Origin: Terriglobia bacterium
Lineage (GTDB): Bacteria; Acidobacteriota; Terriglobia; 2-12-FULL-54-10
Length of the DNA stretch: 64,000 bases
Assembly: GCA_963666975.2 (NCBI GenBank)
Contig: CAXVYR010000004.1
Coordinates: forward strand, 1,728,001-1,792,000
Direction of reading: 5' to 3'
The notes under the pieces were generated by a model. It worked only from the letters and a program-made list of their open reading frames with translations. It had not been told where the DNA came from and made no database searches. Shown here one piece after another: positions 39,816 to 49,280 of the stretch. The first letter of the stretch is position 1; every line of letters starts with the position of its first letter. Made by a program: the position numbers and the translations under genes.

Positions 39816-39908
39816 TTATCCGGCTGCGTATTCCGTCTGAGGGCACCTTCGATACGACTCCCTGCAAGGACAACAACAGCCCCTCTCGAAGGCGAGTCTT
39901 AACGGCAT
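39816..39908 (-). CDS. Cys-rich leader peptide (30 aa, not in the ORF track)
   Basis: MPLRLAFERGCCCPCRESYRRCPQTEYAAG* between the promoter and the terminator. Confidence 0.7.
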   Translation of the reverse strand: MPLRLAFERGCCCPCRESYRRCPQTEYAAG

Positions 39909-39916
39909 GACAGTGT

Positions 39917-39945
39917 AGATTAACAAAGATTACCGGGTGCGTCAA
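39917..39945 (-). promoter_or_regulatory. Sigma70 promoter of leader-sat-cysH
   Basis: TTGACG-N17-TAATCT with a TGn extension; ATG 8 nt downstream. Confidence 0.7.
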
Positions 39946-40025
39946 TATGGCAACTGCGTCAATAGATGAAACGGCAACAGCGCTAACGGTCAAAGAAAGA
40001 AGCGTCTATAGAAGCTGCTCGCCTG

Positions 40026-40739
40026 CTATTCCACGAAGACCACTTCCGACGGGAGTGTTTGCCGCTCTTCCGAGGGGAGTGCCTGCCGCTCCCCTGGGGG
40101 AACTTCCTCTAACGTACGGAACGACACCGGCCGGGTCAGTTCCAGCACGATCTCGCTTCCGGCGGGCAACACCGCGTCCTTGCCTCTTTTGAAGATCCTG
40201 TGGAACAGGGCGACGGCGCCCACGGCTCCGGCGCCAATCAAGGCGCCCTTGCCCCCGCCCAGGGACGCCCCAATGCCGGCGCCCACGGCGGCTCCGGTCC
40301 CTACCGTCTTCCCGCTGATGCCGTCCTTGCCGGGGCCCGTGATGGTTCCCTCGTCCGGGTCCACGTCGATCTCTCCGCCGGTCTGCGCGCCGGTCACCGA
40401 CGCCCGCAAGGAGAGGGTGCGACCATCCGGGAAGGTCAATTTTTCAGGGCGCAGTTGCATCTGAGCCTTGCCCTTCACCCGTCCGGGAGTTTTCATGCCG
40501 GCCAGCGTGCCTTCCACCACGCTTCCTATAGGAAGCGCCTCCCGTTCGTTAATGAAGACCGGGATCACCAGGCGAGCGGTGAACGGGTCGCCCGCGTTGC
40601 TTTCCTTTGTGCTGAGCGTCGTCTCCAGCACCACGCGAAGTTCGGTGCCAGCCGGCATGACAATTTCCTCTGCTGGAGCCGGGGCTGCCATTCCCCAGCA
40701 AGCAAACAGGACCCCTGCAATTCCTATGGCCTTGTTCAT
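40026..40739 (-). CDS. Secreted TrbI/VirB10-like beta protein with a glycine zipper
   Basis: Signal peptide, PAGTELRVVL..GDPFTA..GAAVGAGIG..LPAGSEI. Confidence 0.8.
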   Translation of the reverse strand: MNKAIGIAGVLFACWGMAAPAPAEEIVMPAGTELRVVLETTLSTKESNAGDPFTARLVIPVFINEREALPIGSVVEGTLAGMKTPGRVKGKAQMQLRPEKLTFPDGRTLSLRASVTGAQTGGEIDVDPDEGTITGPGKDGISGKTVGTGAAVGAGIGASLGGGKGALIGAGAVGAVALFHRIFKRGKDAVLPAGSEIVLELTRPVSFRTLEEVPPGERQALPSEERQTLPSEVVFVE

Positions 40740-40946
40740 CCGATCTCCTCCCACTCTGGACATAAGCCGTATCCCGAAAAGTTGAGAGCCTCTGCCGTAA
40801 CTCCAATTTACCTCTTTGGTAGTATTAGACGCAAGAATTTCCCGGAAGGGAGCAGCGACGGTCCGCAGCGCCGATCTGTAGAGATTTGATCCGCCCTCCC
40901 CCTTCCGGTCACTCACAGATACCCCTTACTGACTGAGGTGAGAGGC

Positions 40947-41075
40947 TAAGCCATTTTCAGGGTTGGTGTAGCGCCGCCGCCAAAGTAGGGACAGGCCTCC
41001 AGGCCTGTCCTCTCAAGGGCAGGCAGGAATGCCTGCCCTACCTGCGGGCTATACAGCAACGCCGAAAATGGTCTA
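40947..41075. mobile_element. MITE with IS630-type ends carrying a GTAG-family REP doublet
   Basis: TAAGCCATTTTCAGGGTTGGTGTAG / TAGACCATTTTCGGCGTTGCTGTATAG; interior GTAGGGACAGGCCTCCAGGCCTGTC and GGCAGGCAGGAATGCCTGCCCTAC. Confidence 0.8.
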
Positions 41076-41309
41076 GTAGGTGCCTGATAAACAGCGTAAG
41101 AACAGCCGAAACCGCAACGCGGGTGGAAACTGAATTGGAATGCCACGAAGAACTGTTGAATTGCCTGGCGTAATACCCAGGGTTTGGTGGGGTTATCCCT
41201 CGGAATGCTCTTGAAATCAAAGGCAAAGACGTTTATAAGCAGGCTAGACTTGCTGTTCGTGTCCTCCAAGGGTTAGGAGAGTTCAAGCGTTGAAATAGAG
41301 GGAGGCCAA

Positions 41310-41894
41310 ATGAGCACCCATATTCGTTTGTCGCTGGTTGGAGTTTTGTTCTTGGTGTTGGCATCTACACAAGCATCCGCCCAAGACACGCTATGGGAAA
41401 GGTACTACACCGCTGGGAGGAAGGCTTATCGGCAAGGCCGTAACGCCGAGGCTGAGAAGCAGTTGCTGGCCGCGCTCCAGGAAGCAGAAAAGTTCGTGCC
41501 AGAAGACTCACGCCTCGTAAGGAACCTCAACAGCTTAGCGACGCTGTACATTAAGCTGGGCAATTACGCCGAGTCCGTGACGTTCATCCGGAGGTCGCTG
41601 GTAATCCAGGAGAAAGTCCCCGGGCCAGCACATCCGAACCTGGCCACGACCCTCAACAACTTGGCGACGCTCTACCGTTTCCAGGGAAAGTACACTGAGG
41701 CCGAGCCGCTTTTCAAGCGGTCGTTGGAGATTTGGGAGAAGGCCCTGGGGCCGGAGCACCCCCAAGTGGCCCTCAGCCTGGCGAGCTACGCGGACCTTCT
41801 ACGCAAAACGGGGCTGGAGGCCGAGGCAGAGGAAATGGACACCCGCGCCCAGGCCATCCGCGCCAAACAGTCCGAACAGGATAGGGCGCAGTGA
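41310..41894 (+). CDS. Secreted tetratricopeptide repeat protein
   Basis: Signal peptide; HPNLATTLNNLA..GKYTEAEPLFKRSL. Confidence 0.88.
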   Translation: MSTHIRLSLVGVLFLVLASTQASAQDTLWERYYTAGRKAYRQGRNAEAEKQLLAALQEAEKFVPEDSRLVRNLNSLATLYIKLGNYAESVTFIRRSLVIQEKVPGPAHPNLATTLNNLATLYRFQGKYTEAEPLFKRSLEIWEKALGPEHPQVALSLASYADLLRKTGLEAEAEEMDTRAQAIRAKQSEQDRAQ

Positions 41895-41944
41895 AAAAGG
41901 GCTTGCCCGCATGGACTCCAAACAGGGAGCTTTAGGGAGGCATC

Positions 41945-42727
41945 ATGGTGGATTACGCGAATACCTATGCAGAGATGTACGACGGCGAACTGCTGAGACT
42001 GGCAGCAGAGCCGGATTCGCTCACCGAGAGCGCTCGAATTGTTCTCTTTGACGAGCTTAGCAGGAGGGGCTTGGGAGAGAATGAAATCCGAGCGTGGCAG
42101 CATAGTTCTGTGGATGCTGCACCGGTCCCTAAGAATGAAAGAAAAGAAATGACCGAAGAATTGGGGGGCCACCCTGGGTCCTGGTCCATGTTCGGCCAGT
42201 CGCACTTGAAACAGCCCGAGACGGAGGAATCCTTAGGCAGCGAAGACGAGGAAATGGCTCGCGAAAAGCCGGAGGAGCTATACGTGGACCAGGACAAGTT
42301 GGCTGAGGCCGAGCCGCTACTCCAGCGTTCACTGGCGATCTGGCAAAAGGTTTTCGGCCTGGAGCATCCGAACGTGGCCCAAAGCCTGAGTTTGCTGGCG
42401 GTGCTGTACAACGCTCAGGAGAAGTACGAGGAGGCCGAACGGCTCTTCCAGCAGGCTCTGGCAATCTGGGAGGCGGTCTGGGAAAAGAACCCCGAGGCGA
42501 GTCATGGTTTTACGGCGATGAACGGCATGAGCTTCAACCTCGCCATGCTGTTTATGCTCTACGAGCGGTGGCTGCCGATTGCGGAAAAGGCCCTTGGGTC
42601 CGAGCATCCGAACGTGGCCCAGGTTCTGGAGAACTACGCAGCCCTTCTACGCAAAATGAGGCGCGAGGATGAGGCAGAAGAAATGGAAGTCCGCGCCAAG
42701 GCGATCCGAGCACAGCACTCCCAATGA
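41945..42727 (+). CDS. Tetratricopeptide repeat protein, mosaic
   Basis: Acidic N-terminus then AEAEPLLQRSL..EHPNVAQ repeats. Confidence 0.75.
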   Translation: MVDYANTYAEMYDGELLRLAAEPDSLTESARIVLFDELSRRGLGENEIRAWQHSSVDAAPVPKNERKEMTEELGGHPGSWSMFGQSHLKQPETEESLGSEDEEMAREKPEELYVDQDKLAEAEPLLQRSLAIWQKVFGLEHPNVAQSLSLLAVLYNAQEKYEEAERLFQQALAIWEAVWEKNPEASHGFTAMNGMSFNLAMLFMLYERWLPIAEKALGSEHPNVAQVLENYAALLRKMRREDEAEEMEVRAKAIRAQHSQ

Positions 42728-42923
42728 GAAGGGCGGCAACAGGACCAGCAACGCCGATCATCATCTTCATCCGATTTCCTCCCACCCTAGACATAAGCCA
42801 TATCTCGAAAAGTTGAAAGCCTCTGCCGAAACTCCAATTTACCTCTTTGGTGGTTTTCGATGCAAGAATTCCCCGGGAAGAGGCAGCGGCGGTCCGCTTA
42901 GCCTACGATTCACCTGGAAGGCG

Positions 42924-45077
42924 CTATCTCTTTTTATTGCTGTTGGTTACAGATGGCGGAGGGCATTGCTCCGAGTTGAAAGAACAGGCCGGTCCGGGTG
43001 TCTGCCCTGGCCCGAACTCAGCGGGCCACATTCGAGACTGCAACGCCGGATTATAGGGGAGCCGTTCCGAACCTTGTACCGAAAGCTTATCCCTATCGCA
43101 CTGCGCGCATGCCGCCAGCAGCCTGTCCACCTCCGGGCCGTCTAACGGCTTAGAGAAAAAATATCCCTGCCCGTACTCGCAATTCAGCTCCCTGAGCTGT
43201 TCCATTTGCTGCGCTGTCTCCACGCCTTCCGCAATGACTTCCATGCCCAGGTTATGGGCGAGCGCCACGATGGTCCGGGCAACGGCCGAATTTTTCCCAT
43301 TCACCCCCATCCCGGCAATAAAAGAGCGGTCGATCTTCAACACATCGATCGGAAAGCGATGCAGTGTGCTCAAGGAGGAATACCCGGTTCCAAAGTCATC
43401 CATGTGGGATTGCACGCTCAGGTCCCGCAGTTGCGAGAGCGTGTCGATGGCGGATTCGGCATTTTCCATGACCATGCTTTCGGTGATCTCCAGCTTCAAG
43501 CATCGTGCATCGAGGGCGGTGCCAGCCAAGGTTTCATTTATTTCATCAATCAGATTCGGTTGCGCAAGTTGTTTTCTCGACAGATTTACGCTGATGGACA
43601 ATTGCAAGGGATCGGAAATTTCGGCCTGCCAGGCGCTCATTTGGCGGCAGGCCTCGCGAAGAACCCACCTGCCGATGGGAACGATCAGCCCGGTTTCTTC
43701 CGCCACCGGGATAAATTCAGCGGGAGAAGATATCAACTCACAATTCGAATGCATCCAGCGCAGCAGCGCCTCAAACCCGATGAGCCTGCCTGTTTTCAGA
43801 GACACAATCGGCTGGTAGTGAATCAGCAGTTCTTGACGGTCAATGGCGCGCCGCAGGTTATTTTCCATCTCCAGGCGCGCCATGGCACGGTCGTGCATAT
43901 CGTTGTCGAACACCACATGGCGGCCTTTGCCCATTGCCTTTGCCTGGTACATGGCCGTGTCCGCGTCGCGCAGGACATTCTCCGGCTGGTCATAACTGGG
44001 CGAGATCAGGGTGATTCCAATACTCGCGTTGGTGAACACCTCGTGACCGGCAAACTGGAAAGGAGAGGACAGCGCTTCGTGGATCCGTTTGGCAACCAGC
44101 GTGGCGCCATAAATGTCCTCCAGCTTTTCCAGGAGGATCGTGAATTCATCTCCTCCCAGACGGGCAACCGTGTCTCCGGGCCGCAGGCACGTCTCCAGCC
44201 TGCGAGCCACCTCGATGAGCAATTGATCCCCGATCAAATGGCCGAGACTGTCGTTGATGACCTTGAACCGGTCGAGGTCCAGAAAGATCAAGCCGGCAAG
44301 GCTGGCCCCGCGCCGTTTTCCGCGTTTGACCGCGAGCGCGAGCCGGTCCATGAACAAGGTGCGGTTGGGGAGGCCCGTCAGCGCATCGTGGAAAGCGGCG
44401 CTGAGCGATGCCTCCTCGGCCGCTCTCCTCTTGGTGATGTCGGTCTGAGAGCCCGTCATGCGGACGGCCTTCTCATATGCGTTCCGGACTACAATTCCCC
44501 GGCTGAGCATCCAACGGGTTTGTCCGTTCTTGTGGACCATGCGATGCTCGTGTTCAAAGGAGGCAGTTTGTCCTTCCAGATGGGAAGCGATGGCCGCCTT
44601 CAACGGTCCCGGGTCCTCGGGATGAACCCGGCGGAACCACTCCTCCGGGCTGTTTCCAATCTCGCGCTCGTCGTACCCCAGCATGGATTTCCAGCGGGGC
44701 GAGAAGTAGACTTTGTCGCTTGTCAGATTCCAGTCCCAAAGTCCGTCGTTGGCGCCGCGGGCAGCAAGCCGGTACCGCTCGGCTTCCGCTTGTTGCTCCA
44801 GATGCTGGCGCAAGAAGAGGCCATAGGCCATCAACAGCTCCATCAGCAGCTCCGACGTAGCTCGCGCGGCGTGAATCATCGTTTGGTCCACAGATTCCCT
44901 GGCCCAGCGCTCCAGCGCTTGTGCATGAACTTCCGCGCTCTCTTCCAGCGGCGTGCCGCTTGCCAGCAGATCGTGTCCCAGCTCCGCAACCGCAACCAAG
45001 CGCTCCTCGGTTGGCTCTGCAACGTAGAGTTTCATCAAGTTGTAGTACTGCTCCGCAATGGGCTGTTGTTGTTTCAT
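42924..45077 (-). CDS. RsbU-N-like / PAS / GGDEF / EAL c-di-GMP enzyme
   Basis: N-terminal helical domain, DGLWDWNL PAS, RPGD..GGDEF, FEALLRW and DDFGTGYSS. Confidence 0.92.
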   Translation of the reverse strand: MKQQQPIAEQYYNLMKLYVAEPTEERLVAVAELGHDLLASGTPLEESAEVHAQALERWARESVDQTMIHAARATSELLMELLMAYGLFLRQHLEQQAEAERYRLAARGANDGLWDWNLTSDKVYFSPRWKSMLGYDEREIGNSPEEWFRRVHPEDPGPLKAAIASHLEGQTASFEHEHRMVHKNGQTRWMLSRGIVVRNAYEKAVRMTGSQTDITKRRAAEEASLSAAFHDALTGLPNRTLFMDRLALAVKRGKRRGASLAGLIFLDLDRFKVINDSLGHLIGDQLLIEVARRLETCLRPGDTVARLGGDEFTILLEKLEDIYGATLVAKRIHEALSSPFQFAGHEVFTNASIGITLISPSYDQPENVLRDADTAMYQAKAMGKGRHVVFDNDMHDRAMARLEMENNLRRAIDRQELLIHYQPIVSLKTGRLIGFEALLRWMHSNCELISSPAEFIPVAEETGLIVPIGRWVLREACRQMSAWQAEISDPLQLSISVNLSRKQLAQPNLIDEINETLAGTALDARCLKLEITESMVMENAESAIDTLSQLRDLSVQSHMDDFGTGYSSLSTLHRFPIDVLKIDRSFIAGMGVNGKNSAVARTIVALAHNLGMEVIAEGVETAQQMEQLRELNCEYGQGYFFSKPLDGPEVDRLLAACAQCDRDKLSVQGSERLPYNPALQSRMWPAEFGPGQTPGPACSFNSEQCPPPSVTNSNKKR

Positions 45078-45652
45078 CGCTGTAGGTTCTTGAAAACGAG
45101 AACTGCCGCATCGTCTCTTGCTTTGCCCCAGTCCTCCAAAAGTTTCCAGGCCAGCGGTTCCACCTCTCGGAGAACCGCGGAGTCATAACCGGACATATCC
45201 ATTATCTCTGCTACGCCATCCGTGGAGAGGATGACTAGATCGCCGGGCACGAGCGGCACAATTTCAGGCAACAAGGTTTTGTAGCCTCCACCGACGATGC
45301 CGGGGTCGCTGTTCAGTCTGCGGACCTTCTGGCCGGCGATTATCCCGCGCGTGTTGCCGACGCCGGCGTAGGTCAAAGTCGCCGCATCCGGCTCGATCAC
45401 GGCAATCCCCATTGCCACGCCTCGCGTGTGGCGAATGGCCGACTCGCAGCCGGCAAAGATGTCGGGCAGCGAGTCCTGGAGATGAACCGCTACATAGTCG
45501 AGCGCAGCGCTGGCCGCGACCTCAGCGCCCTTGCCGTGCCCCAGGCCGTCGATGATGCATAGGATTGTCCTTCCGCCGGCTTGCCAGTGGCCGCCCGCAT
45601 CGCCGCAATGCGGGCCGTCATCCAGAGCGCGTTTGGCGAACGATACCTGCAC
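45074..45652 (-). CDS. rsbX: RsbX-like PP2C phosphatase
   Basis: CGD, IDGLGHG, STDG and DDAAVL motifs; stressosome context. Confidence 0.85.
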   Translation of the reverse strand: MQVSFAKRALDDGPHCGDAGGHWQAGGRTILCIIDGLGHGKGAEVAASAALDYVAVHLQDSLPDIFAGCESAIRHTRGVAMGIAVIEPDAATLTYAGVGNTRGIIAGQKVRRLNSDPGIVGGGYKTLLPEIVPLVPGDLVILSTDGVAEIMDMSGYDSAVLREVEPLAWKLLEDWGKARDDAAVLVFKNLQR

Positions 45653-46106
45653 TTTTCCACTTCCTTGTCACAATCCGTGTTCCAACGTCAACCTTGGAAG
45701 AGATCTCGAATTCGTCCATGAGCCTTTTGACCCCGGGCAAGCCTCCACCCAGGCCGCCTCGGGTGGAATATCCGTCTTGCATCGCAAGGCTGATGTCCGG
45801 GATGCCTGGACCCTGGTCTTCCGACAGAACTTCCAGCCAGAAACCGCCCCGTTCTTCCACGGCCGAAATTTGGATCATGCCTCCCCCGCTGGCATGGAAG
45901 AACAAGTTGCTGGCCAGCTCGGAGACGGCGGTGGCAACTGCGAAGGTGGCTGCCCGAGAAAAACCTGTTTCTTCCGCAAGCGCCGCGGCCGCCTGGCGCA
46001 CCTGCGCGATGTGATGTTCCTGGGTGACCCGGAAAACCATCCGCTTTTCTTGTTCAGAGCATTGCAGGCCGTAGTCCTCTCCGGCTATGCAAGTTTCGGC
46101 TCTCAT
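45618..46106 (-). CDS. rsbT: Second RsbT-like Ser/Thr kinase
   Basis: AVSELASN, DQGPGIPD and GLGGGLPGVKRLMDEF motifs. Confidence 0.85.
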   Translation of the reverse strand: MRAETCIAGEDYGLQCSEQEKRMVFRVTQEHHIAQVRQAAAALAEETGFSRAATFAVATAVSELASNLFFHASGGGMIQISAVEERGGFWLEVLSEDQGPGIPDISLAMQDGYSTRGGLGGGLPGVKRLMDEFEISSKVDVGTRIVTRKWKSAGIVRQTRSG

Positions 46107-46513
46107 GGACGGCGCCCGCCTATCAGGATGCTGATTTTTGTATGCCCCGGCTCGGATTCGATCACGAACTCATCCACCAATCTTTTGGTGCCGGGCAGGC
46201 CGGCCCCGAGACTGCCTCCCGTAGAGAACCCCTCGGATAACGCCTGCTCGATGTCGGAAATGCCGGGGCCATGGTCTTCGATTGTGACCCGGAGCCAGGG
46301 CCCGGTTCCATTGGATTCACCTGTAATGTGGCAAACCCCATTCCCGGCGTACACAACCACGTTGCGTGTCAGCTCGGAGATCGCCGTAGCCAAACGCGTC
46401 TGGGCCGCGACACCAAAACCGAGGTTCCGCGCCATGTCCCGCCCCGTTCGGCGCGCGACCACAATGTCGGCAGAGCTGTTGATGGGAACTTCAAGCGGTT
46501 CCATGGACGGCAT
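46103..46513 (-). CDS. rsbT: RsbT-like Ser/Thr kinase
   Basis: DIVVAR, AISELTRN, DHGPGI and LGAGLPGTKRLVDEF motifs. Confidence 0.9.
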   Translation of the reverse strand: MPSMEPLEVPINSSADIVVARRTGRDMARNLGFGVAAQTRLATAISELTRNVVVYAGNGVCHITGESNGTGPWLRVTIEDHGPGISDIEQALSEGFSTGGSLGAGLPGTKRLVDEFVIESEPGHTKISILIGGRRP

Positions 46514-46880
46514 CCCTTTTTCTTATCATGCTCTGGAGTTTCTCCATGCCTTGATCGAGGTCGAGCGCGGTCTCGGCGCCGATCAATTCCCGGCCCATTT
46601 CGACCAAAGTGAGCGCCACGGCGGGCTGCATGCCGCAGATGACGGCCTCGGCCCCCAACAGCTGGGCCATACTCGCCGTATCATTCAGTGACCGAGCCAT
46701 AAAGGAGTCCACTACTTCGAGCGCTGTAATATCGATCACGATCCCCCTCGCTGCGGTTTCCGACACCATGCGCAACACGTCGGTCTGAAATTCGACTATC
46801 TCATCGTCCGACAGATCGATCTGGATCGAGGTTAAAAGGACGTCTTTGAGTCGCAGGATAGGAACTCTCATGGCACTCAC
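46491..46880 (-). CDS. rsbS: RsbS STAS antagonist
   Basis: VPILRL, VVDSFMA phosphosite and GMQPAVALTLVEMG. Confidence 0.92.
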   Translation of the reverse strand: MSAMRVPILRLKDVLLTSIQIDLSDDEIVEFQTDVLRMVSETAARGIVIDITALEVVDSFMARSLNDTASMAQLLGAEAVICGMQPAVALTLVEMGRELIGAETALDLDQGMEKLQSMIRKRDAVHGTA

Positions 46881-47791
46881 TCCGAGCTGGCTTGGACCTT
46901 GTATCCAATCAGGGCGAAGGCTTCCGCAACTCCCCTCGCCAGTTTGCCTCCCGAATTCAAAGCAGACGACTGGACGCCGATCTGGACCAGCGTTTGGGCG
47001 GCTTCCGGACTGATGCCGGTGATGATCACTTCCGACCCAAGCATCTTGGCGGCGCCGATAGCTTTGACCAGATGTTGTGCAACTTGAGAGTCGATCACGG
47101 GCACGCCGGTTACATCCAGGATGGTGACTCGGGCCTCGTTATCGACAACGGCCTGCAGCAGCGTTTCGTTCATCTGGGCCGCGCGGGCTGTGTCGATGAC
47201 ACCCACCAGGGGCAGAAGGACTATCTTGTCCCAGATTTTGATCGCCGGCGTGGACAGTTCCATGATGGAGCGCTTCTGCTGGTCGATGAGTTCGTCGCTT
47301 TTGCTATGGAAAGAGCTGGCTACAACTTCTGTATCGAATTCAATCAGTGCCGTCAGTGAGCGCAGAACATTTAGGGGCTCCAGCCTGGAAGAGTCCAGAG
47401 CGCACAAGAACTCGGTAAACCAACGCCGCGCAAAGGACATCGAGGAAAGGTACGCTGCGATCGGGAGCCCGATGCTCATGTGCACTTCCCCGATTATTTT
47501 CCGCCGTGCTATATACCGCTCGTCCACTCGGGCAGCCAGGAATTCGCGCCAATAGCTCTTCTGGAGGCCCTTGACACGTTCCAGAGTCTCCTGCTTGGAA
47601 AAGAACTGCCCGAATTCGGGCTGAGGGCGCAACCACACGTAGAAGTCCTCCACAAGATCATCCACGTGAGCTGACGCCATCTCACCGAAACGGCGAATCT
47701 CCTCGAGATTCGCCTCGGTTAGTCCGTATTGCTCTAATAGGCTCGCGGAGTTCGTGTAATCAGCGGAGTTCGTGTAATCAACGGAACTCAT
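46877..47791 (-). CDS. rsbR: RsbR with an N-terminal sensor globin domain
   Basis: DFY..IGEVH..IGL globin motifs + ELSTP..IDTARA..LDVTGVPVIDS STAS domain. Confidence 0.9.
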   Translation of the reverse strand: MSSVDYTNSADYTNSASLLEQYGLTEANLEEIRRFGEMASAHVDDLVEDFYVWLRPQPEFGQFFSKQETLERVKGLQKSYWREFLAARVDERYIARRKIIGEVHMSIGLPIAAYLSSMSFARRWFTEFLCALDSSRLEPLNVLRSLTALIEFDTEVVASSFHSKSDELIDQQKRSIMELSTPAIKIWDKIVLLPLVGVIDTARAAQMNETLLQAVVDNEARVTILDVTGVPVIDSQVAQHLVKAIGAAKMLGSEVIITGISPEAAQTLVQIGVQSSALNSGGKLARGVAEAFALIGYKVQASSE

Positions 47792-48156
47792 AGCTTGTCT
47801 CCTCTCTTCCTTACCTGTGCTATTCGCTTTGATATCAGCTTCCTGATCCCGCCAGGGGACAACCCGGCCAGATATGATCCAATGGGGAGGGAGGGGGGCA
47901 GATCAGCCTCACCTAGGTTCATCAGCAACTGCTGAAAGGACTGTTGTCCAGCGATCTAATTTATTGGACCCAAAGATCCTAAGACTTAGTGTCGTCGAGG
48001 ATTGTCTTTTCCTCACGAGCCTTGAGTATGAATCGTGCCGGAGAGCAGCTAAAATTTTGCCTGTAAGTTTTAGGCCTGGACTGCATGGGCACAGCCTTCG
48101 ATAATAGGAGTTTGCCTTTTTGAACTAATCAGATACCGTACGGGAGGGGGATTTTC

Positions 48157-49179
48157 ATGAAGATCACCGAAGGAAAACTAAAGCGCATGGGCGCCGTCGC
48201 CGGCGAGAACGGAGTCATCTCTGCCGCCGCCATGGATCAGCGGGGTTCCCTGCAGAAATCTATCGCCAAGGAAAAGGGGGTTGATAAGGGCGCCGTGACG
48301 CCGGAGATGATGTCGGAGTTCAAGACCGCGGTGACGCGCGTTCTCACCCCCCACGCCAGCGCCATTCTTCTGGACCCGGAGTTTGGCCTGCCCGCCATCC
48401 AGCAGAAGGACCCCAAAGCGGGGGTGCTGCTGGCTTACGAGCAAACCGGCTACGATCAATCCCAGCCGGGCCGTATTCCCAGCTTGATTCCTTACTGGAC
48501 GGTAAAGAAAGCCGTAGAGGCCGGAGCCGACTGTCTGAAGTTGCTGCTCTATTACAGTCCGGAGGAGCCGGAAAACGTCAAAGAGATCAAGCATGCCTTT
48601 GTGGCGCGCATCGGGGCCGAGTGCGAACACTGCCAGGTGCCGTTCTTTTTGGAGTTTGTGGGCTATGACTTCCATGGCGGCGATGAAAGCGGCGTGGAGT
48701 ATGCCAAAAAGAAACCGGAGATCGTCTCCAAAAGCATGGAGGAGTTCTCCAAGCCGGAGTATTGCGTGGACATCCTGAAGGTGGAGGTCCCAGTCAACAT
48801 GCAGTTTGTGGAAGGGGCGCGAGCAAACAAGAGCGGCCAGGCAGCCTACAGCAAGAAAGAGGCGATGGATCTGTTTCGCGGGGCGGCTAAGGTGGCGACA
48901 AAGCCGTTTATCTATTTAAGCGCCGGGGTCAGCGACGACCAGTTCCGCGAAAGCCTGGAGATGGCGATTGAAGCCAAGGTGAACTTCGCCGGGGTCCTCT
49001 GCGGACGGGCCACATGGAAGGAAGGCATCCCGGTCTATGCCAAACAAGGGCTGAAGGCCTTTGAGGACTGGCTGAGCGACCGCGGCGTGCAGAACATCCA
49101 GGCTCTCAACGAAGTCCTGAAAGGCGCTAAACCGTGGCATGCCAAGTACGGCGGCATGGCTAAGATCCAAAAAGGCTGA
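48157..49179 (+). CDS. lacD: Class I tagatose-1,6-bisphosphate aldolase family
   Basis: AMDQRGSL, SAILLDPEFG, DILKVEVPVN, YLSAGV and LCGRATW motifs. Confidence 0.9.
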   Translation: MKITEGKLKRMGAVAGENGVISAAAMDQRGSLQKSIAKEKGVDKGAVTPEMMSEFKTAVTRVLTPHASAILLDPEFGLPAIQQKDPKAGVLLAYEQTGYDQSQPGRIPSLIPYWTVKKAVEAGADCLKLLLYYSPEEPENVKEIKHAFVARIGAECEHCQVPFFLEFVGYDFHGGDESGVEYAKKKPEIVSKSMEEFSKPEYCVDILKVEVPVNMQFVEGARANKSGQAAYSKKEAMDLFRGAAKVATKPFIYLSAGVSDDQFRESLEMAIEAKVNFAGVLCGRATWKEGIPVYAKQGLKAFEDWLSDRGVQNIQALNEVLKGAKPWHAKYGGMAKIQKG

Positions 49180-49280
49180 TCAAGCTGCGGAGAGGAAATC
49201 CGTTGTCGCTGCCCTTCTCCGTCCGGTGAAGGAACCCGCATATTGCCGGGCGTTGCAATCGCAGGCAAGGGAATCTGGAA

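Larger units (their letters stand above)
40737..42897. repeat. Diverged 130-bp direct repeats (40737-40866 and 42768-42897) flanking the TPR cassette
   Basis: Shared GACATAAGCC..GCCTCTGCCG.AACTCCAATTTACCTCTTTGGT..GCAAGAATT..CGGTCCGC; the second copy leads into the scrap MKMMIGVAG versus MNKAIGIAG. Confidence 0.9.

Noticed and set aside
39790-39910. SAM-I or SAH riboswitch upstream of sat
   Set aside because: The conserved cores were not found; a Cys-rich ORF explains the region better.
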